A stretch of 63,628 nt of DNA, filler included, from Sphacelaria rigidula (GCA_964200075.2; 6 parts of 6 records of this genome joined end to end with filler, not necessarily neighbours in it); one strand, 5' to 3'. Positions 11,690-25,003 are shown, numbered from the whole stretch's first letter. Numbers and translations are program-made. The notes: generated by a model from the sequence alone, not told the origin.

Positions 11690-13800
11690 TTTCATAACGC
11701 ATTTCATAACGCATTTCATAACGCAAAATTGAGTTTAGTATGGACTCCGTCACACTCGTGTTCACCGGTCCTCCGCCGCCCGCAGCCGCATCACAGGACC
11801 GTGCTGCGGATAAATGGTATCCAGGACAACAACGATCTCTTTGTCTTTCTGTGTTGTGATTGATGCGCCAAAAATTGGCTTTGAGCATCGTTGTCCCTGT
11901 GGCATGGTCATGGTGGTGGCCGTGGTTGGCTTTGCAGTCTCCATCTGCCTCCTGTACCTTCCACGCCTTTGGAAACGGGCCGGGCCAAACCTGTCCATGT
12001 AAACAGCAATCACACGACCACCCCGGCACCACGCGGCGCTCGTCGTCGCCGTCAGAATAGTGACCGCTGACAGCGTCACGAGCTTGCAGCTCCCTCTGCG
12101 TACCCACTTCACGCGAGTCACACGCCCCTGTTGTTTCGATCATACAAGGCGTGTCCACAGCTACGCGCTGGTCCGGCGGCAATCCCGCCAACCCGGCATC
12201 CACCTGTCCTTCCAGCGTACACCCCTGCGAATCATCTGAACGATCTCCCGCCATGTCACTGGCGCAGATAGATTCACCCTAAGCATCGCAAGCCTCGAGC
12301 TTGCTCTGCTCACTCACATCACGAAGATAACACCCCCTTGCAGCGGTGAGCATGCAAGGTGTGTCCCCAATCACGCTCTGGTCGGGCGGCCAGAAGCAAC
12401 CTGGACCTTTGCCGCTCAGCGCTAGCTCATCGGAGCAAATTTGCTTCGCGCTTCCAACAGCAGTGGCAGCAGCGGCTGGATCAAATTTTCCCGCTTCGGC
12501 CACCACCTCCTGCTCACCGCACTCCTGAACGGCAACAGCGGCTGCTAAGCTGCCTGCAGTCTGCTCGAGCTGCGTGACGTATTCGCCCTCTCCAGCAGCA
12601 ATAGCAGCAGCATCCAAACCAATGCTTACCGTGGAACTGTCGGCCGGCGCGCTCTCATGCATATTTTCTTTCACAGACGCGTGCTGTGTCTCCTTCCCGC
12701 TCTGCACAGTGGAAACAACTGCCCTGTATCGTGATTTAAGACGCGCCCTACTGACTGCACGTTCAGGGGGTCCACTATCGCGCCTATCCCCTCGGGCAGA
12801 TATATGCTTCTCGGCTTTCACAGTGTAAGCATCTGCCCTGTATCGTTGATTTGAAACGCGCAGCATCTACTACACGTTCGGCGAGTGCACTGTCGTGCCT
12901 GTCTCGGCGGGCAAACACAGTGCAAGCAGCTGCCCTGTATCGTTGTTTCAAACGCGCAGTTCCTACTGCACGTTCGGCGGATGCACTGTCGTGCCTGTCT
13001 CTACCACGGCCGACCTTCACACTATCTTGCACCACACTCGGCGATGCATAAGATGCATGCTTGCGCAGCGCAAAGAGCAATTTCTCTTGCCCAACATCAT
13101 TCGCATCATCCAAAAATGTGTCACATAGAGAGTCGTCGATATGTGTGGGCATGAGGTCAGAGACCGCTGGCTCCTCAACAACGTGCCGGCGTGCTCGAAG
13201 CTCGTTCATTGCGTGCACCTCACGAAAGGTGGTCCTCATACTTCCGCAGAAACTGAGCAGATTTTCATTTGAGAACTTGCGATCGTAGTAGGGCATATCC
13301 AGAAATCGTACACGGGCAGCGCGACCATCGATGACAACATATTGTTGCGGCGCACGAACAACATGGCCGTCCACCGCGACATACTCCTGCACATCGTACA
13401 TTTCGGCCAGCAGTACAGCGCTCCACATGCTTTTTTTCAAAAATGAAGTCACCTGCCACTCACAGGAACAACAATTCTCTTCTTATACCGAGACGCGCTG
13501 TACCACCTTGCAACGATGGCCACACACACCTCTTTCTCACGCGGTTCTCACCACTGCTTGAAGTCGTTAGACTCCTCTTCCTGACCGTACCTACCTGGCC
13601 AAGCGTGGAACAAGCAACTCTTGCTGGCTCCACCAGGTAGTGATTGCGCCGCTTTTTCTGGAACGTGCACGGGCTCGCCAGCTGTCGGTCAACCCCCCGC
13701 ACCTCTCGCACGAGCGATACCACAGCCCACCCCAGCACTGCCTCAGAATCTCCTCGGCTCTACTCCTTCTACCCCTCGCGACATTAACACGCCTTGAGGT
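11690..13800 (-). mobile_element. Degenerate gag-like region of an LTR retrotransposon
   Basis: Chain of frameshifted minus-strand ORFs (12784-13452, 12279-12866, 11685-12254) with an internal triplicated block (CTGCCCTGTATCGT), embedded among gypsy fragments. No catalytic motif is seen, so the gag assignment is inference. Confidence 0.45.
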
Positions 13801-13906
13801 AGTCTTGTTTGCTGCAAACTGATCAGGCTTGCAGACTTTCCTATCTTGAATGTCAGCTGCTTTTCAGCGGACGTACCGCTAGTTAGCGGACTTAATGAAC
13901 GTTCAT

Positions 13907-14098
13907 TGTAGACTTCTATCACTCAAGATCAGGTCGCCATGTGGACTCCTTCCATCACCGGCACATGGACTTCAGCAGCTTTAGTTATTCATGTATTAAC
14001 CCTCAGCATAGGACGGGAGAACAGGACCATAGCCTCTCTCCACCAGAGTGGCAAAACCGGCTCTACTCGTCATGGAGGTCACCCATCACAGAGTCCGT
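13907..14098. mobile_element. Truncated copy of the 251-bp solo LTR family
   Basis: Starts TGTAGACTTCTATCACTCAAGATCAG and is collinear with 20590-20840 up to CAGAGTCCG. Confidence 0.9.
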
Positions 14099-16009
14099 CA
14101 TGGAGATTTTTTTTGCGGAGAATACTAGCGCAGAGCGTGCGTTCCGCGATGATCCATTTTTCAAACCAGGCCCCGCTCAAATCATAACGCGGGAAATGTT
14201 GAATGGACTCATCAGCCCCCCCCCCCCGAATTCGAAACCAAAGTCCTTAACATGTTGAACATGAAGCGGGGTAAGAAGGACCCTGGGCTTGTGTATAACA
14301 CGGCTCGGGGAGTAGCGGAGGCATGGAAGACGGTGGAAGCGGTGGATATGCAGCGCCGTCAGCAGCCGCTGCTGAAACAAAAGAGTGGCAGCGGGACTCC
14401 CGCAAGCAAGCGCTGACCGAAAGGTGGAAAAATGACGAGCAGTAGAAATGGGACTGCCAGTTCCGGGAAAAACCGCAAACCAGGCCCAAACTATGCAGGA
14501 TGTTTCATATGTGGAGACGAGAGGCCATTTCCGGAAGGGTTGCAAGGAGCAAGGCCAGGCGGCTGCTACACCACGTAGTGACGGTGGGCAGACGAAGGCT
14601 GGCGACAAGCAGCAACAACAACAGCAGCTGTCGCAGGGCCCTAGATAGGTGCCTCGCGGAAGGGGCACGAGGCCTGCCCCTACGAGCGCTGTATGTTCAG
14701 GCGATGGACAAAGTGCTCCGAGCGGGGTTGCGATGTTGCCACCAGAAACGGTCGCTTCTTCTGGTGGTACGTCATCGCACTCGTTCTCGGGTTCGAACTC
14801 TGAGGCGGTGCCAGCACGGAGATCGCTCAAAGCGGGTGGGGTGTCAGGTTTTCAATCTAAGGGTCTGCATGTAGATAACAAGCAAAGGTGGTGTCTTGCC
14901 GACTTGTCTGTCCCGAGTGCAGGGGCAAAGGGTGTCCGGTCACGGCTATTTTAGATTCAGGATCTGGACTTACGACCATGTCAGCTGGTGTGGAAACGAA
15001 ATTGCAAGCCATGGTTCGAGATGTTCAAGTGGTGGGATCGATGGTGGGCGAACAGTTTGTGAAATTGGCTAATGGCAATGTTGAGCGCGTGAAGTAGAAA
15101 ACTTGCCCTGACCGCTTTGCACACCAGATGGGATCTGGTTGTATTGGAACCATGCTCCTATGCGGTCATGCCGGGTACCGATGATGTCATAATGATGGGA
15201 AGCCCTATGCTAGAGGAGCTTGGCATCGACGTGTACAATAGTTTAGGTGCCTGTGCGTGGGCGAGAAACACTCCGGTGCGTGGTATGGACACGCCTGAAG
15301 TCAAGGATTGTCGACGTATGAACATCGTGGTGGAGGCTCTGCAGCACCAAGGTGATCGGGAGGAGCCCGTGGATCCTTCAATCGAGCGGTTGATGTCGCG
15401 CTGTCCGGAGATGAGTATGACCCCCGAACAAGAGCAGGCTGAGCGTAAGGTCGCGTTGGAGGAGGCGATACTAGCGGCTGCCAATAATGGTATGTCCAAG
15501 AGCGGCGTGGGCAAGCTTCGCGAGCTTGTAAACCGTCGTACGAATGCCTTTTGGCGAGCGCTACGTGGTGATCCGCCCGCTCGTGTCGAGTTTCTCACGG
15601 TGACATTCAAACCTGGTGCTGCGGCGTTTAAGGCTAGGCCGCGAGCATACTCTCCGGTTAAGATGGCATGGTTGGCACGTGGCATGGCGACCTTGGTGGT
15701 GCTCGGGCTCGTGTATCGCAGTTCGCAGGCAGTATGGGCGAGCGCGGCTGTTGCAACGCCTAAAAAAGGCGGTATCAGACTGTTGAGTGATTACATTGCC
15801 ATTAATAAGCAGATAAAAAAAGTGCCGACTGTGATGCCAAACCAAGAAGCGGGGATGACGGGTTTGTTAGGGGCTGCCTGTTGTGGAAAGCTAGACATGC
15901 TGCAGGGGTACTGGCAGATGCCGTTGGGGGCAGATGCCCAAGAAATCGTCACTATCGCAACCCCTGACGGGTCATTTACGCCTACGCGCGTGCCTCGAAG
16001 AGTATTCAA

Positions 16010-16488
16010 TGTGAGGGAGCATTGTAGAGAGAGCCCTCCTCGACTCAAAACAACGTCACTAGACTGCTCCAAGGGCTTCCTCCCTCACTAGGGCTTGGAG
16101 ACTTCAAGACGGTTATTTTTTACAAACACACAGTCTTTGATATCCGAAGTAAACACATGCGTGAAGCATGTAATCTTCAAACCCACATAGTCTGCCGATC
16201 AGACCTGCAAGTCCGTCAACCGATAGAAAACGCCTACAGTAGATTGTTCCACTTGTATATCATCATGAACCTGCACGTACGTGTACTGGAGGTGGACTAC
16301 TCTACGGCATCCTCCTAAACTCCGCACTACTCGAAGTAGAACGCGAGCTGACAAAACAGTAGACACCGACTATCACGTTCATGCTACCTTCGTCCCTCCG
16401 GTAGTGACACGCGACCTTGTACCGTTATGTTCCACAAGGAAATGATAACGTGCACAACCCTAAACATCGACACTAAAAGACAATATCT
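16010..16488. mobile_element. LTR-like insertion replacing the RT core of the gypsy element
   Basis: Begins TGTGAG immediately after RT ...RVPRRVFN; pol resumes at KRTAGEVMQF. 16180-16290 is the reverse complement of 11455-11567. The right boundary is approximate. Confidence 0.65.
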
Positions 16489-16665
16489 CAAGCGAACAGC
16501 AGGCGAGGTTATGCAGTTCCTGCAGGCGGTAAACTGGCTGATAACGTTCTTGCCGCGTTTGGCGGAGGTGGTGAAGCTGCTGCGGGTATTACTGGAGGAA
16601 CACAGGCAGGGAAACGTGCGCCGTACCAAGCGAGTGGCGTCACACCGGACAATCGTGGGGTTGGC

Positions 16666-16925
16666 TGTAGACTCTAGCAACCATTGTTACCCAAGGTTGG
16701 GGACATTGTGTAGGTGGAGTTGCGGGTCTGATTGCCGGACTCTGTGATGGGTGACCTCCGTGACGTGAGGCTTGGTTTTGCTACTCTGGTGGAGAGAGGC
16801 TATGTTCCTGTTCTTCTGTACTCTGCTGAGGGTTAATACATGAATAACAAAAGCTGCTAAAGTCCATGTGCCCGTGATGGGAAGAGTCCACACGGTGACC
16901 TGATCTTGAGTGACAGAAGTCTATA
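16666..16925. mobile_element. Solo LTR (251-bp family, opposite orientation to 20590-20840) inserted in gypsy pol
   Basis: TGTAGACT...AGTCTATA termini with flanks TGGC/CGGC. Removing it restores the reading frame IVGLA-WT. Confidence 0.9.
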
Positions 16926-19248
16926 CGGCATGGACGTGCAGACGTGCTCAGGCATGGCAGGAGGCGCAAGATTTGGTAGCGCATGCTGTTACTTTGTTAT
17001 ATCCCAAGTAGGGCTATGAGGTGCTCATGTTTCCAGACGCATCGGATCTACACTGGGGAAGTTTTCCTAGGCAGGTGCCGGAGGATGAGCTGGGTGGGAC
17101 ACTGGCGGTGGAAAACGTGAGACATGTGTCGATGCGCTCTCTCAGCCGAACTTCTCGTGGAGCGCAGGTTCGTTGGGCTACGGTGGACAAGAAAGAAAGG
17201 CTATGCGATCGTAAGTACTTTCCGTAGGTTGGAGTATCTTCTATGGGGTGGACTTCATATCTTTACCGATCATCGTAACCTAGCATACATTTTCAGCCCC
17301 GAGGCGTGCGTTGCATCCGTGTCTAAGCCTGCTGCCCAGAGACTCGAGCAATGGAAGGCTGTGCTCGGGCAGTACGATTACTCCATCAGGCACATTGCTG
17401 GTGAGCGCAACTACTGGGGAGATTTATTATCAAGGTGGGTAAACATTTCGGCGGTGTCTGTGCGTGCTGCGGCCGTGTTTGCGAGCGGTCAGCCTGATGA
17501 AACGCTGCCGTCGAAGAACTATTCGTGAGACTCAAGAGCTGGCTCAAGCCGGATTTGGAGTGATGGGTGCTGGAGCCCCTACTTTTGTAGCAGCTGTTGG
17601 GCGAGTTTCGAAAGATGGTGAGGATTTATTTCGCGTGCATGTAGCAGGGCGGAATGTGTTGTGGATCTCGCTGCGAGCAAAAGAGCTACGAACACGCTTG
17701 ATGTTGCGTGCTCACATGAAGGAGGCGGACCAACGAGGTGTTGTGGCGACACTGCAGCGGCTGAAAGAGTACTGCTGCTGTTGGTTTCGGATGGAAGCTC
17801 ATGTGACAGATTTTGTGAGGAAATGCTTGCATTGTGTGGACCCGAAAGTGGGTAAGACGATCCCGCGACCACTAGGGGAGAGAGACAGTGCATGACACAC
17901 AGCCCGGTGAGGTGATGCATTTTCATTATCTGTACGTTGGCGAAAGTGGTCCGCTCCGGGCGAGAGCGGCCTGAATGAAGGCGACGGGTACAAGTACATA
18001 TTTGTCATGATGGATGATCTGTGCAATTTCGTGTGGTTGGAGCCCACCGAGTCTTATACAGCTGCAGCGACGGTGCAATATCTGTTGGCGTGGTGCAAGG
18101 CGTTAGGTCTGCCGGAGGTCTGGGTTAGTAACATCGCGTCGCATTTCAAAAACCATGTGATGCGAGCACTGCAGAAGGCGCTGAAGTTGAGCGGGAGGTT
18201 CGCGGTTCCCAACTCGCCGTAGTCAAGTGGTACTTGTGAAAGGATGATGTGAGAGGTTGTTCGTACTTCCAAGGCCATGTTGCAAGAAGAGAGGCGCGAC
18301 GTTCGTCGCGACTGGGTGGGACTGGTGCCTGCCGTACAGTTGATATTGAACACGGCATTCCGCGAGCGCTACGCCAGTACGCCATACCATGTGATGTTCG
18401 GACGGGCGCCGCGCATTTCAACCCTGGCATCGTCAACTGGGGGCGAATGGCGACTTGATGTGCTGGATGAGGACATGCTGCGGGAGAAGGTGGCATCAGT
18501 CGTGGAGGCGCAGAAAGAGTTTCACAAGGAGGTGACGCAGCGTATTGAGAAGACTCGTGAAGTGCAACGACGTGTTGCTAGTAAAGGACAGTTGCCAAAT
18601 TTCATGGTGGGTGATTATGTGTTGGCTTCGAGGGTTAGGCGCTCAGGAACAACGCCGAAACTCGTAAGTACGTGGACCTTGGAGGACCGTGGCAGCGGAG
18701 CAAAAACATGTCTACGAGATTCAGAATGTCGTGAATGGTGAGGTGGAGGAAGGACGCGCATGTTGCACGTCTTCGGTACTATGCGGACAAGGGACCGGAG
18801 GTCACCGCGGATCTGAAGGAGGTGTTCCAGCATGCATATGCAAGGAGACTTTGAGATGGAGGCCACCGCGGGGATATCTGAGGTTCACGAAGGAGATGGC
18901 TACGATGTATACGTGTGGAATGGGTAGGTTTCGACGAGGACGAAAGTTCATGGGAGCGGTTAGATGTTATTTGGAGAGGAGGACCACAGTTTGTACGACT
19001 TGAACTGCGGAAGTTGGAATTGAATAAGCAGTTACGGGAGCGTCTGAAGGCCAAGTACGGTTTCAAGCTGTGACTGGTTGTCTGGGTACTTCGTAGATGG
19101 ATTGTATCATGCGATTGGTGTTCGTCGAGTATACCGCTTGGTTATCGTTTGCATGATTGTTCTTTGTTGACATCCCAGATTTGTTGTCGGTGCCTAGTGA
19201 TGATCAAGCTCGTTTTTTATGGTTGAGTAAAACGTAGCTTGGGGGTGC

Positions 19249-19510
19249 TGTAAAAACATTTCAGTAGCACCTCTAGCATGAGGAGTACGGTAGCACATGG
19301 ATATCAGTCTGAATCGTGTGACAACGGTGTGGAGGATGATTACCAAACGCGTAGCATATTGTGTTTGCTAGGGGAGCAAAGAGGGGTCACTTCTGGTCAA
19401 CGAAGACTGCTGTTTGTTCAACTGCTTGAGTCTTGAAGTCTCGGGAGCCCATGACAGGGAGAAAGCCTCTGGAGCACTGTGACCTTTTTCTGATTTCAGA
19501 CAGGTTTACA
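19249..19510 (+). mobile_element. Candidate 3' LTR of the 14270-19073 gypsy element
   Basis: Preceded by the G-rich tract GGGGGTGC; inverted termini TGTAAA...TTTACA; 175 bp after the pol stop. No 5' partner is present to confirm it. Confidence 0.5.
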
Positions 19511-20589
19511 TACAGTTCGTTCATGCTCAAGAAGCTATGGGGGCAGAGGATTTATCGTATTGGTCTGGCGGTGCGAGTATACCGTATTTTAGGGTGCTCA
19601 GCGGCTCTGTGGGGGTGCTACATGTAGCTGGACCGATGGGAGGCGGAGCGAGTGTTCGAATGAAAGCGCTAGGCTGTGTATGATGTGCATGATCTTGTGG
19701 TCCGACTGCTGCTGTTTCTCTGGAGTAGGCTGGAGGACTACGCGTAAGGCATTACTTGAGGTGCTTGCTGATGGTGAGCGCTGAGCTGGCTCATGCTGGG
19801 AAGGAAGTGCTGATGTGGTTGAGTGTGCTTGTTGAAATTGCGACTGAAAAGCACGCACAAGGCTATATCATTAAATCGTTTGGATCCGATCGCAGTTTAT
19901 TGTTTTGTTTATAGTCCTGTTTATACTGCTGGTTGCGCATGAGGTACGGTGGTCGAACGAGTATGATCGTATTGCCTATACCGGGTGAAATGCCGATGTG
20001 CACATGCATGGCTTTTTTATCTGTGCGTTGGGTTGCTTTGGTCAGTCAGCGCATGATGCACGATGTTTGAGAAATTCTGGCATGCATGTGTGGATTTTCG
20101 CTACATCAGGTATTATGGTGCATGGTGTTAGGCGATCAGTCATGTCGTAGTAGTTTTAAAATTTTGCTCAACACTGGATGAGGTACATCAAATTGATTTC
20201 TGCTTGCAAAATGCGTCGAAATTGTCGTTGTGCGGTTTGCGCTGCCATCTGTAAGAGTTGATAATTGCTGTTGTTGGGGTGAACATAAGTAAGGGAGACG
20301 CCCCCGAAATGAGTAGGTTCGTATGAGTCATCATACGAAAAGGGGGGGGGGTATTTGATTGCAAGGACAAAAAGGCTCATAAGTGTGTCAGACGACCTGC
20401 CACAATCGCGATGCGCTTGTATTTTGTACCAAAACGGTGTCAATCGGTATGAATGAGCGTTATTTATTTATCACAAGCTCGTTCGATCAACCGTTGCTGA
20501 TTCCAACGACCATTGACCTCAGAATTTCATGCAAGGACTGGCTCAAAATGCCCCGCCCCCTCCTATCGTAGGATAGCTTGTATGTGAGC

Positions 20590-20840
20590 TGTAGACTTCT
20601 GTCACTCAAGATCAGATTGCCATGTGGACTCCTTCCATCACGGGCACATGGACTTCAGCAGCATTATTTATTCATATATTAACCCTCAGCATAGTACGGG
20701 AGAACAGGACCATAACCTCTCTCCACCAGAGTGGCAAAACCGGCTCTACTCGTCATGGAGGTCACCATCACAGAGTCCGGCAATCAGACCCGCAACTCCA
20801 CCTACAAATGTTCATAGGTAACAATGGTGGCTAGTCTACA
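20590..20840. mobile_element. Complete 251-bp solo LTR with 4-bp TSD
   Basis: TGTAGACT...AGTCTACA 8-bp inverted termini; GAGC on both flanks; AATAAA on the minus strand. Confidence 0.92.
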
Positions 20841-21144
20841 GAGCACATATAACGCGAGTACTTCCAGTCGAATCCGTTGAAAATGGTGGGAATGCTTGAG
20901 CTTCCAGGTTCCCTGACGTCTGAGACTATTTGCATGCGTGCAGTCCGAAGACTGGGCTGTTATTTGACGCCTGAAAGTAGCTTCTGTGTGAGAATGCTGT
21001 GACTGGCAATCACCATTGAATGGTTGACTTCACTGCGTTCGATTGAGACGTTGTCTTCGCGTGTCGATGTTCAGGGTGTATTTTGGGCCATTTGTTGCTC
21101 GAAATTTCGAGTCAGATCGTCGTTGAAAGCAGCAACGGTTCTTC

Positions 21145-21244
21145 NNNNNNNNNNNNNNNNNNNNNNNNNNNNNNNNNNNNNNNNNNNNTTAATTAATTAA
21201 NNNNNNNNNNNNNNNNNNNNNNNNNNNNNNNNNNNNNNNNNNNN
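21145..21244. other. Artificial contig spacer
   Basis: N44-TTAATTAATTAA-N44. Confidence 0.98.
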
Positions 21245-22314
21245 AAAGAGCTGCTCTGAACCCCAAATGTGGCATAGTCCCTCTCAGCCCCCCCGCGGGG
21301 GGGGGGGGCGCTGGGTGAGGGTTAACGGGTCCCCCCCCCCCCCCCCTGGAGTAACTGGATGTTTTTCTCCGAAGAACGTGAGAGCTGAGTTTTCAATCAA
21401 ATCAGGCAAAATATAATTTCAAGACTGACGATACATTTCTCGGAAGATCTACCGTCGTTTTTTTATCAACAACATGTTTTTTGCATTTGTCGGGGAAAAA
21501 AACAATATTTCGGAAAAGGTCGAAAATATCCGGAACATTGCCTCATTAGTAAGACCTTCAAGCTGGTCATGGATATGTCTTCCGCAGCACGTATGGACGA
21601 CCGACGGCAAATGCGGAATTTTTTATGCGCACGAGAGTCATTTTACGTGGTGGATTCAGAATTGCCATCGCATTGGGCAGCGAGCCCATGCATAAGCGTC
21701 TCTTAATGTGGCGCTCGTCAATCAAAAACTGTCTGCCGTGCAGTGCCACGTAGTGCCGACCCCTACACAAAAAGTCATGTGCCACGAGGAGGCCTGGGCA
21801 ATACTTTTTGCTCGACTCATCCGTATCCTCGTCCACTTTGTGTGTTGTAGTCCACAGACGATACGATCACGTTGTACCCATGCTGGCGGTGAGCATCGGC
21901 TTCGCCTCGGCCGTCGGTGCGCCGGCCACAAGCGTGCGCTACCTGTGCGTTCGTTGCTGTACCCCAGTCTAGCTCACAACGCAGGTGCGAGTGCTGCTGC
22001 TTCCTGCTGGAAAACCACAGCCGGACAAGAAGTTCCGAAGGAGACCCGCTCCTCTCCTACTACCCCGCCCTTTTACGAAGAACAAAGTTCGTCGAGGCTA
22101 CCGTGCTCGTTTCCCTGACTATTTTCATGTGTACGCACAAATGATGGAAGACTCCACGTCTTGTAAGGAATAGCAGGGACGGTATTGGAAAGACGAGCCT
22201 ACGTCTGAGACGACGGGTCCGAGAGATCGGACTCATGTGTGTAAACAATAACAATAATTCCAATTTCACGAAGTGAATTTGGTTTCTGCGGCGGGTAAAA
22301 ATTCGACTTAACAG

Positions 22315-22400
22315 TTTTTCGCGACTCCGTTTTTGCGACAGGGTTTTTGCGACTTGGTTTCTGCGACTTGGTTTCTGCGACTCGATTTTCGCGACATTTT
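22315..22400. repeat. 14-bp minisatellite (GCGACTTGGTTTCT-like, ~6 copies)
   Basis: GCGAC recurs every ~14 bp. Confidence 0.75.
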
Positions 22401-22720
22401 GTTTTGCTAGATTCGTCTACTCTAAAACCCCTAGTGATTTCGTTTTTCGGGGGATAACTTTGTCAAACGGAAACCAAACGTATCCTGTTCCAAGGGGCAC
22501 CTGGACACACAGCAGTTTCTGCTGCCTACCTATTATCATCCCCCAAATCGAAATCTTCAGTGAGAACGCCCAGTGTTTGGTGCCCATGTTCAAGGATGAT
22601 CTACATCTAGTATCATGCTCCAAAGCGTACCCGACAAGGGAACAACATCCCCGTACAGACAGTAGCAATGGTAGCGGGTCCTACGAGGTGGGCCAGCCTA
22701 GGGATGAATTTGATGTTCGC

Positions 22721-22990
22721 AGGCCCATGCTCCCGCCAATATTGAGAGTTGGACCCTGAAATTTGGTATGGACAATGCGTAGGGCATGTAAAAAAAATTA
22801 CATCGGCACCAAGAGTTTTATTTATATTTTTTTCATGAGTTGAGGGCAATAATAAGTTTTCAGGTATCAGTAAAATGCCCTTGACTCATGAAAAAAAAAT
22901 GGTGCTGATGTATATCTTTTTTCATGCCCTATACATTGTCCATACCAAATTTCAGGGTCCACCTCTCAATATTGGCGGGAGCATGGGCCT
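22721..22990. mobile_element. 270-bp foldback MITE
   Basis: AGGCCCATGCTCCCGCCAATATTGAGAG...CTCTCAATATTGGCGGGAGCATGGGCCT; imperfect inverted arms of about 120 bp; no clear TSD. Confidence 0.85.
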
Positions 22991-23249
22991 TTACAAAGCC
23001 GGGTCGGCAGAAATTCGGAACAGTATTTCGCAGGCCACTCACCGGCCCATGTTCGGTTTTCGTGTATTGAAATTTTGTGTGGGCGCTCTCTAAGGCATAA
23101 TTAACAAAGCAAAGTGGGTCAGGTTGCTTTTTTCATTTTTGTCACTGGTTTAGGGCGTTCTACTATGGTGACGACCATTTCTTCACGAGAACGCCCTTCC
23201 TCTATGAAAAAAAAAAATGAAATCCTATTTTTTTTTATTCGGCACTCTT

Positions 23250-24900
23250 TTGTGGTTCTCCATACCAAAATTCGTCGCCATCTATTCTGGACGCCGGTCT
23301 GCACCTTTCGGTATATATGGGCGCACCAGCCGCGGCTGTGTTACCATACAGCTTCGCCCAAGATACGGGCTGCCATTACAGCGGCGGAGGCGGACTTTCA
23401 CCCCTGCGTGCGCCACCTGGGGCAAACGCACGCTGTAGCTGCAACACGGACGGCTTTACAAAATGTGACGCAGCGATATAGCGCGTAGCGAGGGATGATA
23501 TCCTGGGTACACGTTGGCCGCGGATACAAGCGGCTGCGTCCATGATGTGGCAAACTGCACAGGACAACGCGAAATCAATGCAGGACAGGGATAGGCTAAG
23601 GATGTGACGTCCTGCGGTGTGCTTTGTCACCCTGCACTCTGTCGCTGTGCATTGAGCAGATAATGCCGCCGAACGCGTCACGCTGCGGTTGGTGGGCAGT
23701 GTCGACTCCACACCCGTAGGGTAACCTCTGCATTGAATTTACTAAAACGCACTTGATTGAATTAAACGCGCGGAGCGCGTTATTTTCGAGCAGCACACGC
23801 GCTAGCGCGTGCGCGATTATTCGTGTTGCCGACGTCGTGCTAGCGCACTTGGCACTACAGCGTTGTACTCCCCTGTGGCAGCCCGTCACGGTATCGCTCC
23901 TCGTGTTTCATCATGCTTTATTCGAAAACACGCAGAAGAGATGCCAGCAAGTCCATCGTTGTTGCACTTGGAAGTGTGGTGAACCAGTTTTTTTCGATCG
24001 AGTACTGCCGCATGCTGCGTGCTGTACCAAATGGTATACCGCACCAATTCCAAAACGGATATGCATGATTTAAACGCCACCGACATGCTCTGGTCATCAT
24101 GAAGTGTATACGAGGCGCGGGAAGCGTAGTTTCTGTCAAGGAATGCATGGACGCAACCATACTGCAGTACGGGCAGTTTTTAAAATGAGCATGAAGCACG
24201 TGATTCGAACGAGACACCAGATGAAGTATTTAAAACATAAGTTACGGGCAGACCTTCATTTTAGAGTAGAAGGGCCCAGCCGAGACCACTCCGGTTTCAC
24301 CGCCGAAATCCGAGACCGCAACGTCACAAACACCGAAATAAATTGAAATTGGAAGCCCCCTGGACACAGGGCAATCTATGACAATAACGCACCGGTCACC
24401 ACGGTTGGTATTCGTTGTGCGGAGAACTGTCTTTCTGCTAGCCCGATGTACTTCCTGCCTGTACAGTATCGTCTCTGCACACACAATTTTAACTTGCCGG
24501 CAGCTGTCGCCCAAGTCCACAATTGTTGTGATGGCATCCCCAAGTGATTCGATGTTTTCTTGTCGTATTTTGGTATCTTCCTCGTCTCTTCCTCGTCTCT
24601 TCCTCGGGCTACCATTGCACGGCAAAGCTGCAGCACATCAGCAGTTGAACAGTACTAATATGTCGGGAGGGGTCTTAGCCCTATAAAGCAAATGAAATGC
24701 CCTCGGTGTGCGGTTTAAGTGAAGATGTTGTCAACACCGCAGAGGAGTCCTGGAACATGAGAGATGCGGTCGATACCCCAACATTGAGGAGCGATGTAAG
24801 CTCTTCTACGACAAACATGAGGGAAATCGTCCGGAGGCTTCGTGGGTCTTGGGTGCATATCATTAGTGGAGATCTTGCCAAGACCCCGCATCACCGCAAT
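23250..24900 (-). pseudogene. Highly degenerate hAT-like transposase remnant
   Basis: VRYTIWYST resembles the hAT TRWNS motif, and LATRYIAA...SVLQLQRAF resembles the C-terminal dimerisation motif (LA...L...ATS...ERxFS), in the expected order. Many stops and frameshifts. Confidence 0.4.
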
Positions 24901-25003
24901 ATCACTGGTTGAGGTATAGTTCCACTCTCATAGTAGTTTTCAAACCTGTTTTTTAGGTCACTTCCGAGCTGATGGCGGTTTCCACGACTCGAAGCATGTA
25001 GCC

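Larger units (their letters stand above)
14270..19073 (+). mobile_element. Ty3/gypsy retrotransposon gag-pol with chromodomain, pseudogenised and interrupted by nested insertions
   Basis: In order: frameshifted Zn knuckle GCFICGD..GHFRKGC (~14500); protease AILDSGS (~14950); RT DMLQGYWQMPL (~15895); RNase H MFPDASD and IFTDHRNL; integrase H..C..C and MMDDLCNFVWL; chromodomain YDVYV/EWVGFDEDESSWE; stop TGA ending at 19073. The RT YxDD segment is missing. Confidence 0.95.

Noticed and set aside
20590..20840. Retrozyme hypothesis for the short LTR with 4-bp TSD
   Set aside because: No CTGANGA...GAAA hammerhead core with flanking stems on either strand.
21560..21840. Minus-strand VGVGTTWHCT resembling a hAT TRWNST motif
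   Set aside because: Single weak motif in stop-ridden frames; insufficient support.
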